From a virus (Duplodnaviria; Caudoviricetes), in IMG/VR virus record IMGVR_UViG_3300024229_000994, positions 1-58,877 of that record: a DNA stretch of 58,877 nucleotides. One strand, written 5' to 3'. The notes under the pieces were generated by a model. That model had not been told where the DNA came from, ran no database searches, and saw only the letters and a program-made list of their open reading frames with translations. Shown here piece by piece: positions 1 to 9,564 of the stretch. Each line of letters begins with the position of its first letter. Position 1 is the first letter of the stretch. The position numbers and the translations under genes are program-made.

Positions 1-420
1 GTCAAAACTAATAGCGATATAATCCGCAAAGTCTGACATATACCGATAGCAATCAACAATTTCATCATACGTCTTACCTTGCACAGCTCCAATTTTTAAT
101 CCAGGCAGGTCGGGGTATTTAGCTGTAAAGCTTTGAAAACTCTCCATAGTAGCGTAACCATCTTCAAGTACATCAGGCACAATATAAAAGCTTGGCTTTA
201 ATTCTTTTGCATACGTAGCAAACTTATCCGGGTCGAACGCTTCTCCTAATTCAAAAATACTATTATCGAGTAGTACCTGTCTGCCCATTTTAATTGAATT
301 TTTAAAGAAATTATAATATTCAGGATGCGTTTCGAATAAATGAACTAACGCGTAATCGTAATCATTGTATGATCTAGACTCTTCTAGGAATGAGATCGGA
401 CTTTCATGTGATATATACAT
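1..420 (-). CDS. TGT/DpdA-like guanine transglycosylase (5' part; runs off the window)
   Basis: Not in the ORF track. My translation from ATG at 420: MYISHESPISF...DYDYALVHLF...VLLDNSIFELG...YIVPDVLEDG...IGAVQGKT...YIAISFD, open to base 1. The LDNS, PDV and VQG motifs match the TGT barrel pattern (DSG, D, VQG). TTGAAA-N16-TATAAT lies 6 nt upstream. Confidence 0.7.
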   Translation of the reverse strand, partial: MYISHESPISFLEESRSYNDYDYALVHLFETHPEYYNFFKNSIKMGRQVLLDNSIFELGEAFDPDKFATYAKELKPSFYIVPDVLEDGYATMESFQSFTAKYPDLPGLKIGAVQGKTYDEIVDCYRYMSDFADYIAISFD

Positions 421-467
421 ACGTATATTATAACCTATAAAACAGGTATTTCAAGTTAAATATATGT

Positions 468-1103
468 ATGGCATGTAAAAATTTTAGTACCGATAAGCTG
501 ACTAATAAATTGAAGGAGATTAACCCATCGCTTATTGAAGATAAATCACCGAAAATAAAAACAACAAAAATCACTGAAGCTTTTACGGCTGTAACTTCCG
601 ACATTAAAGGTAAGATTACGAGCGCGGTCGAAAATTTTAAAAATTTCAAAACCGGTCAGCTACCCGAAGTAAAGGTACCAAAAATTGATATTGATGCGTA
701 TTTAGAAAAGATAGACGATCCTGTTAGTAAGAGCCTTAATAAGTTTAGTAGAGTGAGAGAACTTATTAATACTGAAAAACAACAGCTAGAAGCAAATTTA
801 AAAAATCAATTTGACTGTACCGATACTGGTGAAGTATCATCTAGCGAGGTTTCAGTATCCGTAGGTGATATATTTAATAATGTAAAACAGAGTGTTAAAG
901 GTATCACAAATAACCAGCTACGCGATTTTAATAAAAATGCAAATAGTCAGATAGAAGTTGTTAATAGTATTACTGCAGATGTAGTAGAGTCTGGTAAAGC
1001 TGCTGCAGCGAAGGGATTATCAGATGGAGAAAAAGCTAAAACGCAGCTTAAATCTCTAGATACTCTCAATACGCTTGTTGATAACAATAAAGGTAACCTT
1101 TAA
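468..1103 (+). CDS. hypothetical late protein
   Basis: 211 aa ORF; TAAATA at 457-462, 5 nt before the ATG; upstream of the gp5-like gene. Confidence 0.75.
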   Translation: MACKNFSTDKLTNKLKEINPSLIEDKSPKIKTTKITEAFTAVTSDIKGKITSAVENFKNFKTGQLPEVKVPKIDIDAYLEKIDDPVSKSLNKFSRVRELINTEKQQLEANLKNQFDCTDTGEVSSSEVSVSVGDIFNNVKQSVKGITNNQLRDFNKNANSQIEVVNSITADVVESGKAAAAKGLSDGEKAKTQLKSLDTLNTLVDNNKGNL

Positions 1104-1116
1104 ATACTACTAGGAC

Positions 1117-3357
1117 ATGAAAAAATATTACGGTAATCATATAGGCATTGTTATACAGAACAATGATCCGGATAAAGCTGGTAAAATAAAGGTATTTGTA
1201 CCTCATATTTCGTCAACTATTTACAACGACTGGGTCAGGGCCAGTAAGAATAAAAGTTTAAAGTTTATTGGTAATAATATTAATGAAGATTTGACGGGAA
1301 TATTGGATGATCTTAAGAGAATAACCCCGTGGTGCGATTGTGCAGCGCCACTCGCCGGGGAGAGTTCGAGTGGTAGATTTAATAATTATAATTTGACCGG
1401 TAGTGTATCAGATAGTAATTTCATTGATACGGTGACCAGTGCTACATCAGCATTAACAGGTGAAGGAGCCGCTCCTAGTAATTTTTATGATGAAGCAATC
1501 AGAATAAACGATGCATTTGCTGATGCAGCAAATAATATAAATAGACCTAACCCGCTCTCATATGAATATAAACCTAACGGGTACTCTAATGAAGCGAAAG
1601 GTGCTTTTTGTATACCGGCGGTCGGAGCGCATGTCTGGGTATTTTTTAGAGAGGGTAATCCTAATTTTCCTGTATATTTTGCTGCTAGTTTCGGTCAATC
1701 AGATTGGCAGGGTATATACGAATCTCAAAATGAACCGGGTATAGATTACCCGGGAAGTTATGAGAATAAAAACCCGAGTATAGCTGAATACAATAACAAC
1801 GTTGAAGCATATAGAAATAAGTATGTTATTAATCAAAAAGGAGGAACGTTAGAGTTTGTAAATAGTGACTTAAATGAAAAGGTAAGATTGACACATTATT
1901 CTGGTTCATTCAAGGAAATGAATAATCAGTCAACTGTTGAGTTAGCTAGTAAGAATAACCAAAAACTTACGCTTAATGATTCATATGATACAGTAAGAGG
2001 TTTTAAGAATGAATATACCGGTAAGAATTTAGATGAAATTGTTTACAGAGACAAATATAAAAAGATAGGTTCGCTTAACACGGAATATTTCGAAAAATGG
2101 AGAGACGTAGTTGCTGGTATACAGGAATTTAAACAGTTGTTCGAGATAAAGAGAACTAATGATAATAGTGTTAAGAATGACGATGGTGTAACTGTCTTAA
2201 AGAGAAATAGTCTCTTACAGGAAAGATCCGGTGATTTTACAACATACCCCGTCACGGATGGTAGTATACAATACGGGGCGTTAACTAATACAAATAGCTT
2301 ACCGACATACTCTATGGTAGCTGATAATGACGGTGATGGTCCACAAGACTGGACAGATAGTCAAAAGGCAGGTCCTATTAATTCAAATCCATCTGCTGCC
2401 AGTTGGCCTGCAGAGAGTGGACGTGAATGGGGCCCAGGCGGTACCGGTAAGAGTATATCAACTCAAGATGGTACATGGGATATTGAAGAAAATAAAGATA
2501 AGCTAAAGGAAATTATTGAAGCTAGCTTGCCAGAACTTACTGAGATAGAAAACGAGCTTGGAGTCGGTGGTAGTGAAGTTATCCAAATAACTAAACATAA
2601 AATGGAAACTATCGGAATGCTAATGAACGATTTCGGAAGTATTCGTTTGGATAACATCGGTAAGTTAGTTAATAATGAGGTTCTAGTAGATTCAAACGCA
2701 GTTTATATGAATAAATCTGATAGCCCGTTAGTAGAGTACGTACATGTACAAGACTTACCGGGTGGTGATTATACATTAAATGTATGTAATAGATTCAATG
2801 TCATGGTAGGAGCAGGTGGGTTAAACCTCAAATCATACGGTGCTACTAATATAACTGGTACTATTACAAATATGGTAGGTGAGCAGGTTAATATAGCTTC
2901 CGAGAATGAAGTTAATATTGACGCAGGTACTATTAATATCAGCGCGGATATACTCAGATTGAGAAACAAGAGACAGCGACAAATATTAATTGAGAATAGT
3001 CTCGGAGTTAATAACAACGTTATTATTGGTGGTGGTCTACACGTGGAGGGAGAAACTTATTTGCAACACGTAACGGCGCCAGTCGAGTATCAGAAGACGG
3101 AGCCGACAATAGTATACAGTAAACTTAAAAACGGTTTAAGTTTCAGCGCGGAAATTGACGGTAATGCAGCAGATGTAGTATTAACAAGCGACAGCAACGA
3201 TAATCTAGTTGCCGGGTATGAACATTCCCATGTATTCCCGAATTTACCGTTGACATTACTAGCATCTAATCAAGCTGTTAGATCTGCTGCGTCAGAGCTT
3301 AATAATGGGAGTGTTAGGTCAGATGCTGACCCACAACACAATGAAGGTAAAGGATAA
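1117..3357 (+). CDS. baseplate hub/spike, gp5/VgrG-like with OB-fold
   Basis: GIVIQNNDPDKAGKIKVFVP and IPAVGAHVWVFFREGNPNFPVYF are gp5 OB-fold motifs; beta-helix-like C-terminal half; HSH motif near the end. Confidence 0.8.
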   Translation: MKKYYGNHIGIVIQNNDPDKAGKIKVFVPHISSTIYNDWVRASKNKSLKFIGNNINEDLTGILDDLKRITPWCDCAAPLAGESSSGRFNNYNLTGSVSDSNFIDTVTSATSALTGEGAAPSNFYDEAIRINDAFADAANNINRPNPLSYEYKPNGYSNEAKGAFCIPAVGAHVWVFFREGNPNFPVYFAASFGQSDWQGIYESQNEPGIDYPGSYENKNPSIAEYNNNVEAYRNKYVINQKGGTLEFVNSDLNEKVRLTHYSGSFKEMNNQSTVELASKNNQKLTLNDSYDTVRGFKNEYTGKNLDEIVYRDKYKKIGSLNTEYFEKWRDVVAGIQEFKQLFEIKRTNDNSVKNDDGVTVLKRNSLLQERSGDFTTYPVTDGSIQYGALTNTNSLPTYSMVADNDGDGPQDWTDSQKAGPINSNPSAASWPAESGREWGPGGTGKSISTQDGTWDIEENKDKLKEIIEASLPELTEIENELGVGGSEVIQITKHKMETIGMLMNDFGSIRLDNIGKLVNNEVLVDSNAVYMNKSDSPLVEYVHVQDLPGGDYTLNVCNRFNVMVGAGGLNLKSYGATNITGTITNMVGEQVNIASENEVNIDAGTINISADILRLRNKRQRQILIENSLGVNNNVIIGGGLHVEGETYLQHVTAPVEYQKTEPTIVYSKLKNGLSFSAEIDGNAADVVLTSDSNDNLVAGYEHSHVFPNLPLTLLASNQAVRSAASELNNGSVRSDADPQHNEGKG

Positions 3358-3498
3358 AAAACTTAACTTTTACCTGTATTTTATTACCCGACAGGTCATT
3401 TTATAATAAATAGTATTATAGCTGCTCATAATTAAAGTAGATATATCGACGATGAAAAATCAACAACAATTAACCCTTAACCTCTCCTTATATAACAA

Positions 3499-3801
3499 AT
3501 GAATGCTACTGAAAAAACGCGTTTAGATAGAATTGAGGAGAAGATCGATAAGATGGCAGATGCTATCATTGCTCTGGCTCGTGCTGAAGAAAAGATATCT
3601 AATCTCGATGAAACAACTCGAATTATCTTAAAGCGAATGGTAGCTCAAGAAGAACGTTTAAGGGTAGTTGAGCAGCAGCAAGCAGACGCTGAAGGAACAC
3701 TAAAGACAATCAAATCCATTGCTTGGACATTTGTTTCGGCAATTATCACCGCTCTCGGCGGTGCTATTATATGGATGTTAGGGTTTCCAGGTAATGAGTA
3801 A
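3499..3801 (+). CDS. coiled-coil protein with C-terminal TM helix (XhlA/holin-like)
   Basis: RLDRIEEKIDK coiled coil followed by hydrophobic IAWTFVSAIITALGGAIIWML. Confidence 0.6.
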   Translation: MNATEKTRLDRIEEKIDKMADAIIALARAEEKISNLDETTRIILKRMVAQEERLRVVEQQQADAEGTLKTIKSIAWTFVSAIITALGGAIIWMLGFPGNE

Positions 3802-3818
3802 ACAGTTAAAGCTTCAAG

Positions 3819-4271
3819 CTATTTAGCTCGATTAACTAGCCATTCACGTCTGTGGTTTTTATTCCACAAAAAAACCGCTTTATATCTTCCAATATCGCGG
3901 CCAGCTTTTTCTGATTCTATCCATTTCAATTTATCGATTTCCTGTTGCTCTTGCTTGAGAAATTGATAGTAGCTTGAATTCTGAAAATCATCTGTAGCCA
4001 TTATATCAGTATTTAATCTGCATCGGTACATAAAATATACTATTATCATAATTAAGCTGCAAATACTACCTAAAGTATAATTTGTTAATAATACAGCATT
4101 AAACCCTATTGTATAAATAGTATATATACTAGCACAGAGATATCCAATAAGAGATAGAACAAATAACGAAATACTTATATCTTGCACTTTTTTTGTTTTT
4201 ATAGATTTTACTATTTGCGGGACATAACAAATAGCAAAACATACGGTGTAAACCCAACCAATAACTTCCAT
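3819..4271 (-). CDS. PQ-loop/SemiSWEET-type transporter fused in frame to a small DUF4032-like domain
   Basis: CYVPQIVKSIKTKKVQDISIS PQ motif and 3 TM helices (likely start ATG 4271). C-terminal EIDKLKWIESEKAGRDIG domain has its own ATG at 4001. Confidence 0.7.
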   Translation of the reverse strand: MEVIGWVYTVCFAICYVPQIVKSIKTKKVQDISISLFVLSLIGYLCASIYTIYTIGFNAVLLTNYTLGSICSLIMIIVYFMYRCRLNTDIMATDDFQNSSYYQFLKQEQQEIDKLKWIESEKAGRDIGRYKAVFLWNKNHRREWLVNRAK

Positions 4272-4279
4272 TCTATTAC

Positions 4280-4720
4280 TTAGTAGCTCCAAAAATATTC
4301 TATTTCTTTGCCAACTCTTTTAAATTTTTCCTTATAATAATTATTATCTTTCTTTATAAGATTGCTTCTATGAGATAAATGTACACGTGCATCGTTAACG
4401 AATTTCGGATAAACTACAGGTCTTGATTTGTCAAAATGAGCTTCTATCTTTTCAGTGCATGTATCTTTATAGCCTCTACGTTTCCATTCTTTGCAGATAG
4501 ATAGACCGTATAGACATAAAGCATTTGTATAGTCGCCTTTATCATTATACCACATTTTCCTAGCCGGGTGATTCCTCCACCCTTTAACCGGCTCGTTATT
4601 CTTAAGCTTTTTAATGCTATTTAGTAACTGTAGAACCTCAACTCGCTGCTTGCCGAGTCTTCTGTAGTCTAAAGCTTTAGCTGATTCTTTAAATGATGCG
4701 TAAGGTAAAAAGGTCTGCAT
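4280..4720 (-). CDS. pyrimidine-dimer DNA glycosylase/endonuclease V-like (MSMEG_6728 family)
   Basis: MQTFLPY...LDYRRLGKQRVE...HPARKMW...SHRSNL motifs. Confidence 0.8.
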   Translation of the reverse strand: MQTFLPYASFKESAKALDYRRLGKQRVEVLQLLNSIKKLKNNEPVKGWRNHPARKMWYNDKGDYTNALCLYGLSICKEWKRRGYKDTCTEKIEAHFDKSRPVVYPKFVNDARVHLSHRSNLIKKDNNYYKEKFKRVGKEIEYFWSY

Positions 4721-4743
4721 TCATATATTATATGAAAGTTCCT

Positions 4744-5007
4744 TTATATACTGATGTACTGATCAATAAGTTTTTTAAGCTCGTCTTTTGTAATTATACC
4801 AACAGTAGTATTCAGCTCGACTCCATTTTTACATATAACGGTTGTTGGAATTGATCTAACATTAAATTTCTGTGTATTTAAACTATCATCATCTACGTCA
4901 ATGTTTTTAATTTCGAGATCTGAATAATTCGCCGTAACTTCGTCGAATATTTCCTTATAAGCTTTACAGGGACCGCACCATTTTGCAGAGAATTTATAAA
5001 TTTCCAT
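4744..5007 (-). CDS. thioredoxin
   Basis: WCGPC active site and RSIPT cis-Pro motif. Confidence 0.9.
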   Translation of the reverse strand: MEIYKFSAKWCGPCKAYKEIFDEVTANYSDLEIKNIDVDDDSLNTQKFNVRSIPTTVICKNGVELNTTVGIITKDELKKLIDQYISI

Positions 5008-5097
5008 ATATGTTATTTATATAGAAATTTAACTGAAATCAATGAACGCTAAAAAATACCAACTATCTCCTGTTTAGTTACCTCGATCTTTAACTAT

Positions 5098-8000
5098 TTA
5101 TAACATTGTCTGCAACCATGCACATACTCTCGCACTTGTGAGTGCGACATTTCCATCTTTAACTGTTCTAAAATTAATTACATCGTTTTCATCGAATATT
5201 ATATTTAAATTTGAAACAACCTCTACCTGTGATTTTTTAGAACTAGAGCTTGATAAAGGGTGTGTTATTACACCTTTCGCGCCAGTAGCAACACCATTTT
5301 TATAAACCTCTACTTCGATATCCTCAGTAGTTGTATTTCCCGATGAAATTTCAACATTTAATGATACCTTTAATAGTTTTGATTTAAATGCAATTGGTAT
5401 ACCTTGTTTCGCAGGTGTTTCATCCCCATTTCCAAAGCTCCATTCAAGCCCATCATCTGTAATATCCGCGGCTTCTTCTGACCATATTGGATATACTGAA
5501 CCATAGATATTATCAGCTTGAACATATCCATCAACATCGATACCATCAGATTTAATATTAAGAGTCTCATTATCATAACCAATCTTAACTGTAGAAGCGT
5601 CTTTATTATAAACGTTCTTACCTATAGCAATACAATCTGAATCGGTTTGACATCCTGGGCCGATCTGGAAAGCTTTATAGTTACCTACATTATCACTATC
5701 GAAGTTCAATAAAATATCTCCTATAGTTTCGTTATGTATACCATCAAAACTTCCTTTATACAGTGTCCACCCTGTACCATCGAATGGCGCAAAAGATGTT
5801 AAATCTGCCTGACTAAGTCTATTACCATATATTATAATGGCACTCAAGCCGTCTCCATCTGGATCTGGGTCAAGCACCCACCCATCTTTAAATATTTCTA
5901 AATCTCCTCGCCCGTCAGTAATAAAAACAATATGTTCATTTTGAATGAGATTATGTGGAGTATCCCATGTAGCTTTAAGAGTTTCATCTGTTAAGCGCGC
6001 TGGACTAAAGTTTGTTTTTGAATAATGTGATAAACTAACTTGATTGTTTGGATTTACCGCATTCTCCGCGGCAACTGTACTTAAACTAACCGAACCAGGC
6101 GATAAAGCACTTTGATCTGTTCCAAGCGGTACTTCTTGTGTTGTTTTATAATTACCGCCATATAATTCAATGGAAAATGTATCAGTTGTTACTGCTGAAA
6201 CTTTTCCAAATAACGCGGCTGCGACAATTGGGCCCTCAAAAGAAGTGGAAAACGACATTCTCACATTTTGACCTAAGGAAATACCGTGCCCCGCTAATGT
6301 AACTACTACAGGTTCTGATTTTTTAAGTGGCGTAGTATTTGTGATAAATGGTACCTGTGTTTCAGAACTACGATTACTTGAATTTTGTAAAGCCGATACA
6401 TCAAGAGTGGCTGCAGATAAATTAACAGTGTTCCATATATTTACAGTTCTAGCAACCTTATGCCAAGCCCAGAACGCAGCTTTATTATTGCGTAAAAAGT
6501 TATCTGGAATCGCATAATATTTTTCTTGAACTCTTAGAATATTAAGAGCATCATCATCACTATTATTAATTCTATCAATAACAGTTAGATTATGGAAATG
6601 ATTTGAACCTGAAGCAAACCCACCACTGAATCCACTTTGCTTAAAAAGGTCGTGTCCAATCGTTGCCGGACCTTCGACTACTAAATTGGAGCTTGGGTTA
6701 CTAGGTAGATTTGATTTAATTCTCAGACCATTCCCACCATGATTAGTGTTTATATCAACTCTTTTATTAAATTCAGAATATCCTTCTACGCTTAATTCTT
6801 CAGTAACATTTAAATTGTTAACGAACGTGGTGTTCTCAGCATTTGATGTTAAACCGCTACCAACGATGAATGAATCAGCGTGACTTACTGTATTATTAGA
6901 ACCACCTAAAATGCCTGAACGGGCACCACTAGCAATATTATTTTGACCACTACCTATAAATGAACTATTACCACCAGCTGTATTATCTTGCCCGCTACCT
7001 ATAAATGAACTATCTCCACTAGCAGTATTACGGAAACCACCTACAACTGAACTAGTCATACTAGCAGTATTACGGAAACCAGCGCCTACAAATGAACTAC
7101 TACCACTAGCTGTATTATCTTGACCATTACCTATAAACGAACGAGACCCACTAGCAGTATTACGGACACCACCTAATACTGTTGCGTGATCTCCGCTAGC
7201 GGTATTAGTTTCCGTTCCACCTATAATCTTCCCAAAAGCGGATAACGCTGCTACAGATAAGCTACCATTCATCGTACCACCATTTGCAAATTGCTTAGCA
7301 ACACTACCACCTCCAGAAGACATCTCTATCAATCTCTTGATAGACATCATTTCATTCTGGAATTGTTTTGAAATATCTAGTTTAAGAGAATTAAGCTGTT
7401 TATCATTTATCTTCTCACTTAGTATCTCTTTTACTTCACCTTTATTTAAATTATTTAAATTTTCTAATAATTGTTTATATTTTTTATCCTCTTCATCGGA
7501 AAATATATTAAGCTTTTCATTAATATTAGATAATTCATCAGCAAGTATTTTTTCAACTTCATCTCTTTTTATATCAACTTGTTCGTTAATTTCTGAAATT
7601 GTATTTTTTAGCGATGTTTCAATCTCAGTTTTATTATCAGATATTTTCCCAACAACAGCTGTCAATGTATCAACTTTATAATCTTCGACCTTGTCGTTAA
7701 TTTTTTTAACTTTAAAGTTAATTTTTTCTTCAATACTTTCCGTTTTAGATTGTATTAAATTATTTGTTTTTTCTTGAAGTTTATCAATTTTTCTATTACT
7801 ATCATGTAGGGTGATATCTAACTGATCATTTAAATCCTTTATTTTATTATCTAAATTATTGTTGATATTAACAATATTTTCAGATAAAATCTTAGCTAAT
7901 TCTTCCTTATTTAAATTAGATAATTTATCTACTTTAGAAAGAATTTCTTTATTATTTTCATCAATAGAAAGTGTAATATCATCTATATTACTTTTAATGA

Positions 8001-8580
8001 GATTGTTTACCTTTTTATCGTTACTTGATAAAAAGTCAATATATTGTTCATATAGTTCTTGCCTAATACTTTCAGATTTTTCATTTAAGTATTCTTCAGC
8101 TTGTTTAGCAATTAATTGTTTTTGTTTTTTATATTCTTCTAATTTATTATCATATAGTTTTTGAGCCTTTTCTTGACTCTCTTTAATTATCTTTTCCGAT
8201 ACATCTCTAACCTTATCTTCGTAGATAGTATTGGAAGGTATAACCTTTTTAACCTTCTCTTCAATTATAGTCTTAACTGGAGTTTTTTGAATACTTTTTA
8301 AAAATTGAAGATGATTTTCGTTAAGAAATAATTCACTTTCCCCGCTTTCAACTAATAAAGCCTCGCATTTATACTTTTTATTATTTTTAATTGCTTCAAA
8401 ACTAACAATAGGTAACCCGTCCGATGTACCTACCTTCTCAACGATAATGTTTTTATCGTTGTACATACATTCATATACATCAAAAAATATTTCTTTTTTA
8501 CTTGTAACTTTAAGAACATTTTTATTATCATCTGTAAATTTTGGTGTAATATCGACACCGAACACGGACCATTGACTCAT
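5098..8580 (-). CDS. long fibre/adhesin-like virion protein (coiled coil, beta-roll repeats, beta-rich C-terminus)
   Basis: 1160 aa; long N-terminal coiled coil, SSGGGS hinge, NTASGxxSFIGxG repeats; TATAAATA 5 nt upstream. Confidence 0.65.
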   Translation of the reverse strand: MSQWSVFGVDITPKFTDDNKNVLKVTSKKEIFFDVYECMYNDKNIIVEKVGTSDGLPIVSFEAIKNNKKYKCEALLVESGESELFLNENHLQFLKSIQKTPVKTIIEEKVKKVIPSNTIYEDKVRDVSEKIIKESQEKAQKLYDNKLEEYKKQKQLIAKQAEEYLNEKSESIRQELYEQYIDFLSSNDKKVNNLIKSNIDDITLSIDENNKEILSKVDKLSNLNKEELAKILSENIVNINNNLDNKIKDLNDQLDITLHDSNRKIDKLQEKTNNLIQSKTESIEEKINFKVKKINDKVEDYKVDTLTAVVGKISDNKTEIETSLKNTISEINEQVDIKRDEVEKILADELSNINEKLNIFSDEEDKKYKQLLENLNNLNKGEVKEILSEKINDKQLNSLKLDISKQFQNEMMSIKRLIEMSSGGGSVAKQFANGGTMNGSLSVAALSAFGKIIGGTETNTASGDHATVLGGVRNTASGSRSFIGNGQDNTASGSSSFVGAGFRNTASMTSSVVGGFRNTASGDSSFIGSGQDNTAGGNSSFIGSGQNNIASGARSGILGGSNNTVSHADSFIVGSGLTSNAENTTFVNNLNVTEELSVEGYSEFNKRVDINTNHGGNGLRIKSNLPSNPSSNLVVEGPATIGHDLFKQSGFSGGFASGSNHFHNLTVIDRINNSDDDALNILRVQEKYYAIPDNFLRNNKAAFWAWHKVARTVNIWNTVNLSAATLDVSALQNSSNRSSETQVPFITNTTPLKKSEPVVVTLAGHGISLGQNVRMSFSTSFEGPIVAAALFGKVSAVTTDTFSIELYGGNYKTTQEVPLGTDQSALSPGSVSLSTVAAENAVNPNNQVSLSHYSKTNFSPARLTDETLKATWDTPHNLIQNEHIVFITDGRGDLEIFKDGWVLDPDPDGDGLSAIIIYGNRLSQADLTSFAPFDGTGWTLYKGSFDGIHNETIGDILLNFDSDNVGNYKAFQIGPGCQTDSDCIAIGKNVYNKDASTVKIGYDNETLNIKSDGIDVDGYVQADNIYGSVYPIWSEEAADITDDGLEWSFGNGDETPAKQGIPIAFKSKLLKVSLNVEISSGNTTTEDIEVEVYKNGVATGAKGVITHPLSSSSSKKSQVEVVSNLNIIFDENDVINFRTVKDGNVALTSARVCAWLQTML
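6870..7215 (-). repeat. intragenic tandem 13-14-codon repeats (YadA-head-like)
   Basis: Recurrent ctagcagtattacgg and cctataaatgaacta units encoding GxxNTASGxxSF(I/V)G; boundaries approximate. Confidence 0.8.
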
Positions 8581-8648
8581 ATAGTTATTTATATAGGTTT
8601 ATTAATATTTCCAAGAAAGTATTCAATCTCTTTATGTATTATACCCAC

Positions 8649-8672
8649 AAAAAAAGGTACATACGTACCTTT
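8649..8672 (-). terminator. intrinsic terminator
   Basis: aaaggtac-atac-gtaccttt inverted repeat with an A7 tract on + (U7 on minus). Confidence 0.65.
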
Positions 8673-8722
8673 AAATGCCCACCATCCATCCCCTATTTAG
8701 CGTTTAGTTATGCCCCGGCCTA
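8649..8722 (-). ncRNA. candidate small late RNA (~74 nt, G-rich)
   Basis: TATAAATA (8727-8734, minus strand), then AGGCCGGGGCAUAAC...UAGGGGAUGGAUGGUGGGC, then hairpin AAAGGUAC-GUAU-GUACCUUU with a U tract; no start codon at the predicted +1. Confidence 0.45.
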
Positions 8723-8755
8723 TTTTTATTTATACGAACAATAGGGTTTCGATAC

Positions 8756-8786
8756 AAAAAAGCGCGACCCCTTTCGAGATCACGCT
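8756..8786 (-). terminator. intrinsic terminator of the OMP gene
   Basis: AGCGUGAUCUC-GAAA-GGGGUCGCGCU followed by a U tract on the minus strand. Confidence 0.85.
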
Positions 8787-8820
8787 ATCAGAGATAAACT
8801 CTGGTGGTTCTAATTATTTA

Positions 8821-9564
8821 TTAGAATGAGTAGGCAAGACCTACCGTAACTGATGTATCAAAATCACCATCAGTACCTTCAGACGAAATACCATTAGCGA
8901 TACCAAGATCATTCTTTAGTGCATTAAACTGCACAAATACAGGAATTACATCATTAATAGTTGATGTAATTCTTACATAACCATGAACATATTCAAAGTC
9001 TTCATCATAACCGAAAGACTGACCATATTCACCACCTACAGTAACATCTGCATACTTAGCATCAAATGTCTTTGAAACATTAAATGCTGGTGTAGTGATA
9101 GTACTATCAGTGCTAGTACCAGCTTCGCTACCATCTTCAAAAGCTACGGTAACTGATGTATCGACGAACTCAAACCAATTGAGATCATATGCACCATTGA
9201 GCTCGAAAGTGGTATCAGCATCTTCACCAGTATGTACAACAAGACGTGTATCAATACCACCGAGAGGAGTGTTAAGATAAGTACCTACCGTACCGTGTAG
9301 TTGATAGTCTTCAGTATTAACATACTCTAAACTACCGACAAAAGCAAGCCCTTGAAAGTTACCGAGCTTTGTAGATGCTTTAACATAAGCTGAATCTTGA
9401 GCTCCATATAGACCACCTGAAATACGCTTTTCATAATAGCCTACCTCAGTATCTAGTTTCCAGTTCTTTTCCGTTACTACTTCTTGAGCTTCGCATTTAC
9501 TACACATTGTAAACAATGCAATAGCAGCAACTACTGCTCCGATAATAATATATTTCTTATTCAT
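8821..9564 (-). CDS. outer-membrane beta-barrel protein (porin-like)
   Basis: Signal peptide MNKKYIIIGAVVAAIALF; alternating aromatic beta strands; C-terminal VTVGLAYSF BAM-type signal ending in Phe. Confidence 0.75.
   Translation of the reverse strand: MNKKYIIIGAVVAAIALFTMCSKCEAQEVVTEKNWKLDTEVGYYEKRISGGLYGAQDSAYVKASTKLGNFQGLAFVGSLEYVNTEDYQLHGTVGTYLNTPLGGIDTRLVVHTGEDADTTFELNGAYDLNWFEFVDTSVTVAFEDGSEAGTSTDSTITTPAFNVSKTFDAKYADVTVGGEYGQSFGYDEDFEYVHGYVRITSTINDVIPVFVQFNALKNDLGIANGISSEGTDGDFDTSVTVGLAYSF

Noticed and set aside
8649-8722. tRNA interpretation of the ~74-nt G-rich unit
   Set aside because: No acceptor stem, TTCGA T-loop or CCA end can be formed
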